DNA of 64,000 bases from Ruegeria sp. (GTDB lineage: Bacteria > Pseudomonadota > Alphaproteobacteria > Rhodobacterales > Rhodobacteraceae), in the NCBI RefSeq assembly GCF_040830605.1, contig NZ_JBFOMD010000004.1, forward strand, positions 58,928 to 122,927. Reading direction: 5' to 3'. The notes beneath the pieces are model-generated. The model was not told the DNA's origin and did no database searches. It worked only from the letters and a program-made list of their open reading frames with translations. The position numbers were made by a program, and so were the translations under genes. Positions 30,256 to 37,910 of this stretch are shown piece by piece. Numbering within the stretch: position 1 is the stretch's first letter; every line of letters begins with the position of its first letter.

Positions 30256-31217
30256 GCCGCTATGCCCGGCAGATGATCCTGCCGGAGGTCGGCGTCGAGG
30301 GGCAGGCGCTTCTGTCTGCCGCCCGTGTGCTCGTCGTCGGCGCAGGCGGTCTGGCGGCGCCGGTGCTGCCTCTACTGGCAGGGGCCGGAGTGGGGCATCT
30401 GACGGTGATGGATAGTGATACCGTCGATCTGTCGAACCTGCACCGGCAGACGCTGTTCACAGAAAAGGACTGCGGAAAACCCAAGGCGGAAATCGCTGCC
30501 GAACGCTGTCGCGAGATCAATTCTGGCATCGTCGTGACATGTACAAGACGAAAACTCACGCCTGAGAACGCTGTACAAAACGTACAAAACGCCGATCTGG
30601 TGCTTGATTGCGCCGACAGCTACGCGGCGAGCTATACGCTCAGCGACACCTGTCTGGCGCAGGGTAAACCGCTGATCAGCGCGTCGGTGCTTGGGCTGGG
30701 CGGATATGTTGGCGGCTTCTGCGGTGGCGCCCCGTCCTTGCGCGCTGTTTTCCCTGAGGCTCCGGACAGCGGCGCAAGCTGTGCCACCGCGGGCGTTCTG
30801 GGGCCGGTCGTCAGCATGATCGGAGCGGCGCAGGCGCAGATGGCTCTGGCGGTGCTGCTGGGTCTGGAGCCATCGCCGCTGGGCCAGATCATGCAGTTCG
30901 ATGCCCACACTTTCCGCAGCACCACGTTTCGCTTCGACGCCGCGCCCGAGCCCGAGACGGCATTTCGTTTCGTGGCTCCGACCCAACTCACCGGCGACGA
31001 CGTGATCGTGGAATTGCGGGGCGACACAGAGGCCCCCGACCCGATCCACCCCGCCGCCCATCGTATCGCTCCTGATGCCGTGGCGGCGCATTTGCAGGAA
31101 CCGACCAAGCGCCTCGCTCTGTGCTGCGCCACCGGCCTGCGGGCCTGGCGCACAGCGGAACGTATTCAACCGGATTGGCCGGGCGAGATCGTCCTCGTCG
31201 CGGCCGCAACTTCATGA
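30252..31217 (+). CDS. thiF: ThiF/MoeB adenylyltransferase with C-terminal rhodanese-like domain
   Basis: RYARQ, GAGGL, DLSNLHRQ; C-terminal CCATGLRA. Confidence 0.85.
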   Translation: MSRYARQMILPEVGVEGQALLSAARVLVVGAGGLAAPVLPLLAGAGVGHLTVMDSDTVDLSNLHRQTLFTEKDCGKPKAEIAAERCREINSGIVVTCTRRKLTPENAVQNVQNADLVLDCADSYAASYTLSDTCLAQGKPLISASVLGLGGYVGGFCGGAPSLRAVFPEAPDSGASCATAGVLGPVVSMIGAAQAQMALAVLLGLEPSPLGQIMQFDAHTFRSTTFRFDAAPEPETAFRFVAPTQLTGDDVIVELRGDTEAPDPIHPAAHRIAPDAVAAHLQEPTKRLALCCATGLRAWRTAERIQPDWPGEIVLVAAATS

Positions 31218-31234
31218 AAAGGAAACGCAAGACC

Positions 31235-32170
31235 ATGAAGAAACTCCTTACCGCTCTGGCCATGCTGGCCACCACTCCGGCGATGGCCGCCGACAAGATG
31301 ACCGTCTTGCTGGACTGGTTCATCAACCCCGACCACGGCCCGATCATCGTGGCGCAGGAAAACGGATACTTCGCCGAACAGGGGCTTGAGGTTGAAATCG
31401 TGCCGCCTGCCGACCCCTCGGCCCCGCCGCGTCTGGTCGCTGCTGGTCAGGCCGATCTGGCCGTGTCCTATCAGCCGCAGCTGCACCTGCAGATCCACGA
31501 GGGCCTGCCGCTGAAACGTGTGGGCACGCTGGTCGCCACCCCGCTCAACTGCCTGTTGGTGCTCAAGGACGGGCCGATCAAGTCGCCGGCGGATCTCAAA
31601 GGCAAGAAGATCGGTTTCTCGGTCGCGGGCGTGGAAGAGGCCGTGTTAGGGACTGTTTTGGGTCATCACGGCGTCAAGCTGGATGAGATCGAGATGATCA
31701 ACGTGAACTTCTCGCTGTCGCCTTCGCTGATGTCCGGTCAGGTGGATGCGGTGATCGGCGCCTACCGGAATTTCGAGCTGAACCAGATGGATATCGAGGG
31801 TGTGCCCGGCACCTGTTTCTATATCGAGGAAGAGGGCGTCCCGCCCTATGACGAACTGATCTATGTCGCCAATCCCGAGACCATGGATGCCGACAAGGTG
31901 GAGCGTTTCCTCGCCGCGACCGAAAAGGCCACCCAGTTCATCGTGAACAACCCCGAAGCAAGCTGGGAGGTGTTCTCGGCCACCTCGACCGAGTTGCAGG
32001 ACGAGCTGAATGCGCGGGCCTGGGTCGACACGCTGCCCCGCTTTGCTCTGCGTCCGGCGGGTTTCGACGCCGGCCGGTATGCGCGGTTCGAACAGTTCCT
32101 GAAGGACAGCGGCATGATCGACAGCGTGAACCCGGTCGATGCCATCACCATCGACGTGACCGCGAAATGA
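31235..32170 (+). CDS. HMP/pyrimidine ABC transporter substrate-binding protein (NMT1/THI5, ThiY-like)
   Basis: Signal peptide, LDWFINPDH motif, thi operon context. Confidence 0.85.
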   Translation: MKKLLTALAMLATTPAMAADKMTVLLDWFINPDHGPIIVAQENGYFAEQGLEVEIVPPADPSAPPRLVAAGQADLAVSYQPQLHLQIHEGLPLKRVGTLVATPLNCLLVLKDGPIKSPADLKGKKIGFSVAGVEEAVLGTVLGHHGVKLDEIEMINVNFSLSPSLMSGQVDAVIGAYRNFELNQMDIEGVPGTCFYIEEEGVPPYDELIYVANPETMDADKVERFLAATEKATQFIVNNPEASWEVFSATSTELQDELNARAWVDTLPRFALRPAGFDAGRYARFEQFLKDSGMIDSVNPVDAITIDVTAK

Positions 32171-32850
32171 GCGGAGCGCCGGATTATGGCCGCGCCTTTG
32201 GCCTGATGCGCGAGGGCGCGGGCGAGACGTGGCGGGACTACACCCGCCACGCCTTTGTCGAAGGGCTGAAGGACGGGAGCCTGCCGCGCGAGGCGTTCCT
32301 GCATTACCTGCGTCAGGACTATGTGTTCCTCGTCCACTTCTCGCGTGCCTGGGCGCTGGCGGTGGTCAAGGGTGAGACGCATGAGGAAATGCTGGCCGCC
32401 TCGGCAACCGTGAACGGGCTGATCAGCGAAGAGATGAAGCTGCATATCGTTGTCTGTGCCGAGGCAGGGATTTCCGAGGCAGACCTATTCGCTACGCCTG
32501 AACGGCCCGAGAATCTGGCCTACACCCGCTTTGTGCTGGAGGTCGGCTATTCTGGCGACTTCATGAGCTTGCTGGCCGCACTTGCGCCTTGCGTCATGGG
32601 CTATGGCGAGATCGGGGCGCGTTTGGCGGATGAGGCCACTTCGGATACCTACCGCGACTGGATCGACACTTACGCGGGGGCCGAATACCAGCAGACCTGC
32701 CGCGATGTCGGGGCGCTGCTGGACGGTGCGCTGATCCGGCGGTTGGACGAGGGTTACGACCAATTGCCGGTCTGGTCGCGCCTCTGCAAGACCTTTGAGA
32801 TGGCGACACGGCTCGAAGTCGGGTTCTGGCAGATGGGCCTGACTCCGTGA
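32167..32850 (+). CDS. tenA: Aminopyrimidine aminohydrolase (thiaminase II)
   Basis: YLRQDYVFL, LAPCVMGY, YRDWIDTY, EVGFW. Confidence 0.9.
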   Translation: MSGAPDYGRAFGLMREGAGETWRDYTRHAFVEGLKDGSLPREAFLHYLRQDYVFLVHFSRAWALAVVKGETHEEMLAASATVNGLISEEMKLHIVVCAEAGISEADLFATPERPENLAYTRFVLEVGYSGDFMSLLAALAPCVMGYGEIGARLADEATSDTYRDWIDTYAGAEYQQTCRDVGALLDGALIRRLDEGYDQLPVWSRLCKTFEMATRLEVGFWQMGLTP

Positions 32851-33575
32851 CGCCAGCGCCCGGGATAACGGTCGAGGGGCAGGCTACTATTGACGGCGCG
32901 CAGCTATTCGCGCCGCTCTCGCTGTCTTTGGCGGCGGGGCAGTGGACCTGCCTTCTTGGCGGCTCGGGCGTTGGGAAATCCACAGTGTTGCGGCTGATTG
33001 CCGGGTTGCGGACGGGGGCGGATTTTGACGGCGCCATCCACGCGTCGGATCGCGGCAAGGTGGTGCCGCGCGTGGGTTACATGGCGCAGGACGATCTGCT
33101 GTTGCCCTGGGCGACGGTGACGCAGAACATCATTCTGGGCGCCCGGCTGCGCCGCGAGAAACCGGATATGGCGCGGCTGGAGCGGCTGCTGGGGCGGGTG
33201 CGGCTGACCGATCATGCGGCCAAGAAACCGGCGGAACTGTCCGGCGGTCAAAGGCAGCGCGGGGCGCTGGCACGAACGCTGATGGGGGACAAGCCGGTCA
33301 TCCTGCTGGACGAGCCATTCTCGGCACTCGACGCGCGCACGCGGGCGGATATGCAGGATCTGGCGGTGGAGCTGCTGCACGGACGCACGGTACTGCTGGT
33401 CACGCATGACCCGGGCGAGGCCGCGCGGCTGGGGCATTCCATCGTGGTGATGTCGCAGACCGGGCTGACCCCTTGTGACCCACCGGCTGCGGAAACGCCG
33501 CGCAAGGTGGACGATCTGGAAACGCTGGCCGCGCAGGGGGCTTTGTTGCGCCTGCTGCGCGAGGAGGCGGCATGA
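32847..33575 (+). CDS. ABC transporter ATPase (ThiZ-like)
   Basis: GGSGVGKST, LSGGQRQR, LLDEPFSALD. Confidence 0.88.
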   Translation: MTPAPGITVEGQATIDGAQLFAPLSLSLAAGQWTCLLGGSGVGKSTVLRLIAGLRTGADFDGAIHASDRGKVVPRVGYMAQDDLLLPWATVTQNIILGARLRREKPDMARLERLLGRVRLTDHAAKKPAELSGGQRQRGALARTLMGDKPVILLDEPFSALDARTRADMQDLAVELLHGRTVLLVTHDPGEAARLGHSIVVMSQTGLTPCDPPAAETPRKVDDLETLAAQGALLRLLREEAA

Positions 33576-34306
33576 GGTATGTCCCCGCCTTTGCTGCGGC
33601 CCTGTTTGCCATCGGTGTCTGGCAGGTGATCGTCAGCCTGACCGGCCTGCCGCGCTTTATCCTGCCCGGGCCGCTGTTGGTGGCCGAGACCTGGTGGCAG
33701 AATCGTGCGGTGATCGCAGAACATACTCTAATTACTGCGATCGAAGTGCTGATCGGGCTTGGCTGCGGTGCGGCGCTGGGGATCGCGACGGCGATCCAAC
33801 TGGCGACGTCGCGCATGGCGCGGGTGCTGGTGCAGCCGATGCTGGTGTTCACGCAGGCCCTGCCCGTCTTTGCGCTGGCGCCGATCCTGACACTGTGGCT
33901 GGGCTATGGGCTGTGGTCCAAGGTCGCGATGGCAGTGCTGATCATCTACTTCCCTGTGACCTCTTCGTTCTTTGACGGGCTGATGCGGACGCCGCCCGGC
34001 TATCTGGATCTGGCCCGTACGATGCAGGCCAGTCCGCGCGCGGTGCTGTGGCATATCCGGGTGCCCGCGGCGCTACCCTCGCTGGCCTCGGGCCTGCGGC
34101 TGGCGGCGGTCTATGCGCCCATTGGCGCGGTGATTGGCGAGTGGGTCGGGGCCTCCAAAGGGCTGGGCTATCTGATGCTGCTGGCCAATGGGCGGGCCAA
34201 GACCGATCTGATGTTTGCCGCTATGCTGACGCTGGGGGTGTTCTCGGTCCTGCTGCATATCGCCGTGCGCAGGGCCACGACCCGGATGGCGGGCGAGGGG
34301 CGTTAA
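33572..34306 (+). CDS. ABC transporter permease (ThiX/SsuC-like)
   Basis: TM segments, AVIGEWVG..GLG motif. Confidence 0.88.
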   Translation: MRYVPAFAAALFAIGVWQVIVSLTGLPRFILPGPLLVAETWWQNRAVIAEHTLITAIEVLIGLGCGAALGIATAIQLATSRMARVLVQPMLVFTQALPVFALAPILTLWLGYGLWSKVAMAVLIIYFPVTSSFFDGLMRTPPGYLDLARTMQASPRAVLWHIRVPAALPSLASGLRLAAVYAPIGAVIGEWVGASKGLGYLMLLANGRAKTDLMFAAMLTLGVFSVLLHIAVRRATTRMAGEGR

Positions 34307-34342
34307 CCAAACGGAAACCGATTCGGGGCGAGGCTTTGCGGT

Positions 34343-35098
34343 ATGAGCCAGGATGCCTTTGCCGAAGCCCCGATGCTGTTCGACACCGACGAAGCACCGG
34401 TGACGCCGCTGCCGTCGGGACGGTTGCCGTCCTACATCAAGGATCACCGCAAACGCTTGCGCGAGCGGTTCATGTCTGGCGGTGCGGCGGCAATGCCGGA
34501 TTATGAGCTGTTGGAACTGGTCCTGTTCCGCTCGATCCCGCGTCAGGATGTGAAACCGTTGGCGCGACGGTTGCTGGAGGCGTTCGGCGACTTCAGCCGG
34601 GTTTTGACCGCTCCGGTAGAGCGGTTGCAGGACATCAAGGGTGTGGGCGAGAGCGTCATCACCGATCTGAAGATCCTTGAGGCCTGCGCGCACCGGATGG
34701 CACGGGCACGTGTGATGCAGCGGCAGGTGATTTCCAGTTGGGACGCGCTGCTGGATTACTGTCATACGACCATGGCGCATCGCGAGATCGAGCAGTTCCG
34801 AGTGTTTTATCTGGACCGCAAGAACGTACTGATTGCAGATGAGGAGCAGGCCAAGGGAACGGTCGATCATGTGCCGGTCTACCCGCGCGAGGTGGCGAAA
34901 CGGGCGCTGGAGCTGAATGCCTCGGCCCTGATTCTGGTGCACAATCACCCCTCGGGCGATCCGACGCCGTCGCAGTCGGATATCGATATGACCAACCGGA
35001 TTCGGGATGCCTGCGTTGCGCTGGGTTTGACCCTGCACGATCATCTGATCATCGGGAAGTCCACCGAGTTGAGTTTCCGGTCGGAGGGGTATCTCTGA
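34343..35098 (+). CDS. radC: RadC / JAB-domain protein
   Basis: HRKRLRERF, YELLELVL, VYPREV, HNHPSGDPTPS..D. Confidence 0.93.
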   Translation: MSQDAFAEAPMLFDTDEAPVTPLPSGRLPSYIKDHRKRLRERFMSGGAAAMPDYELLELVLFRSIPRQDVKPLARRLLEAFGDFSRVLTAPVERLQDIKGVGESVITDLKILEACAHRMARARVMQRQVISSWDALLDYCHTTMAHREIEQFRVFYLDRKNVLIADEEQAKGTVDHVPVYPREVAKRALELNASALILVHNHPSGDPTPSQSDIDMTNRIRDACVALGLTLHDHLIIGKSTELSFRSEGYL

Positions 35099-35114
35099 TG
35101 GGCATGTACAAAGA

Positions 35115-35175
35115 GGGGGCTCTGCCCCCGTCCCGGCAAGCCGGGACTCCCCCGGGATATTTTTGAACAGAAGAA
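35115..35175 (+). repeat. Short palindromic intergenic element (REP/MITE-like)
   Basis: GGGGGC-TCT-GCCCCC and GTCCCGGC-AA-GCCGGGAC hairpins, then CCCCCGGGATATTTTTGAACAGAAGAA; only one copy in this window. Confidence 0.5.
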
Positions 35176-35193
35176 GGGTTGGGCGTGTGCTTC

Positions 35194-35292
35194 AGCACTT
35201 CACGAAAAACTTGAAACACCAAGCATCACGTAACGCGTTGAAATCTATGATTTCAGGCAGCGTTAAGTGATTCAGGTATTTCGCAAGGTGCT
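35194..35292. repeat. About 100-bp imperfect inverted repeat
   Basis: AGCACTTCACGAAAAACTTGAA pairs with TTCAGGTATTTCGCAAGGTGCT; inner TCAC/GTGA, TAACGC/GCGTTA and TGAAATC/GATTTCA. Confidence 0.7.
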
Positions 35293-36852
35293 TTATCGCA
35301 TCCAGACTTCGACGCGGCGGTTGACCTGGCGGCCCCAGTCGCTGTCGTCGCAGGCCATGGGCAGGGCCTCGCCAAAGGCTTCGACGCCGATCTCGACGCT
35401 TTCGGGGCGGGCTGTTTCGACGGCGTTCAGGACTGCGTCGCGAACAGCTTCGGCGCGTTTACGGGCGATCCGGGTGTTGCCTTGTGCGGGGCCTTCGCCA
35501 TCGCTGAAGCCGACAAAGACCAGCTTGCGGGCGTCATAGGCACCGGTTTCCAGCGCCTGCGCCAGGCCCAGGATGTTTGAACGCGATTGGGCGTCGGGGC
35601 GGGAGGAGCCGGTTTCGAAGCGGAACGATGTGGTCAGGCGGGCCATCGGGCTGAGTGTGGCAATCATGCGTTGCAGTTCTTCCACCGGGGTTTCCTCTCC
35701 GGCCGCTGTGATCGCGTTGGCCAGCCGGTCGCCTTGCGCGCCCATCCGTATCAGCTCGGCCGACTGATCCACGAACCCGGCGCGGCGGATCACGATCTGG
35801 GCGGCAGAACTATTGGTGTAGGCGAGAAACTCGCGCGCGATCTTGGGCAGGCGGCGTGCGGGCAGGTACAGGAACATCGGCGAGGTGAGCGGATAATCCT
35901 CGGTCTTGATGGTCCAGCGGGTGGCGGCGAGGGAGAAACCGCAGGGCCCAGTCAAGGTCAGTGCCCGCGCGGTGCCGGTTTCGGCAAAGCTGACGATGCC
36001 GATGGCAAAGGGATCGGCTGCGACGGCACGGGCCAACTGGCTGCTGCGGGTATGGCGGGAAATCGCTTCGGCCAGCGGCACCTTTGCCCGGCCAAGCAAC
36101 CGGTCCTCGACCGCCTGAGCCAGCCCCGAACCTGCGGTGGGCAGGTGCAGTGCAATCGGGGCGTCTGGGCCGCCGAGGGCAGACCAATTGGCAATGTCTC
36201 CGGCAAAGACGCGGGCAAGATCGGCAGTCGAGATTCGCTGTACCGGATTGTCGGGGGCAACCACCGGCACCATCGCGTCGAGCGCCAGCACCCGGGCGCG
36301 ATTGGCCTCGGTCAGATCGCCCATGCCCGCCTCTTGCGCGCGCTCACGTTCGCCGGGGCGAATCTCGCGCAGGGCCATCACGATATCGGCCTCGTTGGCC
36401 AGCAGGTCGGCAAAGCCTTCGTCGGTGTTGGTGACGTGAAACGTGAACCGGGCCAGTGGTGCGTCACGGTGGGTCTGATGCAGGGAGTAGACGAAATGGG
36501 CCTCGTCCAGCGTTTCGCGGTGGGTTTGCAGCCCGTTGCGCAGGGCGAACCCCTCGACCAGCGCGGGCAGCAGTACTTCGGCCATGGTGGAGGAGCCCGA
36601 CAGAGTGATCTCGGCCACGAAATCGGTCAGGCTTGGGCAGGCCGGGCCGTCGCAGGTCACGCCCGAGCCGTCCACGGTCAGCTCTCCGAATTTGGTGTCG
36701 ACACGATAGAACTCGCCGTCGAACCCCAGGAGCGTGCCCGAGATTTCGACCTTGCCATCGCGCGACGACAGGGTGATGTCCTGCGCATGGACCCCTGTGG
36801 CGGGGGCAAGAACGGAAAGTGCGGCGAGAGCCGCCGCACGAAGCCAAGTCAT
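35293..36852 (-). CDS. PstS-like periplasmic binding domain + OmpA C-terminal domain protein
   Basis: Signal peptide, SGSSTM, LALDAMV and YPLT PBP motifs; GFSD..G...N..IARKRA and NRRVE OmpA-like motifs. Confidence 0.85.
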   Translation of the reverse strand: MTWLRAAALAALSVLAPATGVHAQDITLSSRDGKVEISGTLLGFDGEFYRVDTKFGELTVDGSGVTCDGPACPSLTDFVAEITLSGSSTMAEVLLPALVEGFALRNGLQTHRETLDEAHFVYSLHQTHRDAPLARFTFHVTNTDEGFADLLANEADIVMALREIRPGERERAQEAGMGDLTEANRARVLALDAMVPVVAPDNPVQRISTADLARVFAGDIANWSALGGPDAPIALHLPTAGSGLAQAVEDRLLGRAKVPLAEAISRHTRSSQLARAVAADPFAIGIVSFAETGTARALTLTGPCGFSLAATRWTIKTEDYPLTSPMFLYLPARRLPKIAREFLAYTNSSAAQIVIRRAGFVDQSAELIRMGAQGDRLANAITAAGEETPVEELQRMIATLSPMARLTTSFRFETGSSRPDAQSRSNILGLAQALETGAYDARKLVFVGFSDGEGPAQGNTRIARKRAEAVRDAVLNAVETARPESVEIGVEAFGEALPMACDDSDWGRQVNRRVEVWMR

Positions 36853-36876
36853 ATGAAACCTGCGGTTGCCTGCGGA

Positions 36877-37806
36877 TTACTTGGCGGCGATTTTCAGGTC
36901 TTCGACCAGATTATTCAACACCAGAAAATCACCTGTGGCCCCGCAATCCGGCATTGACAGCACAAGATCGCGCGACCGCAGCCTCCCGCCGTCGCGCAGA
37001 TCGAAAGATTGGGCGTTGATGTCGCGGCCGCAATTGTCGGTGGTCACCTCGGCCTCGATCGTCAGGGCGATGGTGCCGGATTGGGCCGCCTGCCCGGATG
37101 GGAAGGTGTAGATTTCGACAAGCTGCGAGGTGGGAGCCACCGGGGTGCCGAGCCGGGCCACCTGGCCCAAACCGTGGGCTTCGGTGCCGGCCCAAACATG
37201 CCCTTCCTGACCATAAGCGGCGCCGAATTCGAGCGCGTGCATCTGAAAGCCCGCCGGGCCTTTCCATTGAAGAGCAACCCGGTCGTAGGCGTTCAGGTCT
37301 GTAACTTCGGTCCTGGCGACGGTGCCTTTGTTGTTCTCGAAGGCCAAAATAAATACGGCGGTTTCCGAAAGGGCCGGGACGGTAATGTCCAGCCTGCCGA
37401 ACGCGTCGGTGACGTCGGTGAACATCAGCCCGCTGTGATGCACGGTCAGGCGTTCATTCACGTTGCAGGGTGCGGCAACAGACAGGGCGACGCTGGCCAT
37501 CGGCACGGGTTCCGCCGTTGCCTTGATCGCGCAGTCCTCGGCGCGGGCGGGTTCCGGGGTGACCGGTTCGGGTTCTGGTTGTGCCAGCAGATCGGCCTTA
37601 AGCGTCTGCTCGGCCTCTTGCGGTGTCGCCGAGGTGAGGACGATTCCCTCAAGCTCGCGCATGACCTCATCGTCGGCCTGCTGGCCGGACGCGGTGGTCT
37701 GGTCAAGCGATGGCGTGTCGCTCAGGCCGTACTGCATCAGATACCCCGTTCCCAGAGCACAGCTTACGGTACCGCCAACCATCAATATTCTACGTGCAAG
37801 ACTCAT
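36877..37806 (-). CDS. Hypothetical exported/membrane-anchored protein
   Basis: Strong GGAGGGG RBS, N-terminal TM segment, P/E-rich linker, beta-rich C domain with Cys residues. Confidence 0.75.
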   Translation of the reverse strand: MSLARRILMVGGTVSCALGTGYLMQYGLSDTPSLDQTTASGQQADDEVMRELEGIVLTSATPQEAEQTLKADLLAQPEPEPVTPEPARAEDCAIKATAEPVPMASVALSVAAPCNVNERLTVHHSGLMFTDVTDAFGRLDITVPALSETAVFILAFENNKGTVARTEVTDLNAYDRVALQWKGPAGFQMHALEFGAAYGQEGHVWAGTEAHGLGQVARLGTPVAPTSQLVEIYTFPSGQAAQSGTIALTIEAEVTTDNCGRDINAQSFDLRDGGRLRSRDLVLSMPDCGATGDFLVLNNLVEDLKIAAK

Positions 37807-37910
37807 GACACCCCCCTCCTTCTCAAGGAGCACAGGTGAAGTTCGTTAAAAAAGACGGCCAATATGTGGCCGCCCTTGGGAGTCATTTTGTCAAGTTCGG
37901 GGCGGATGGC

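Noticed and set aside
34343-35098. radC as a marker of a mobile or anti-restriction element
   Set aside because: It is the full-length chromosomal form with the N-terminal HhH region, in a housekeeping context.
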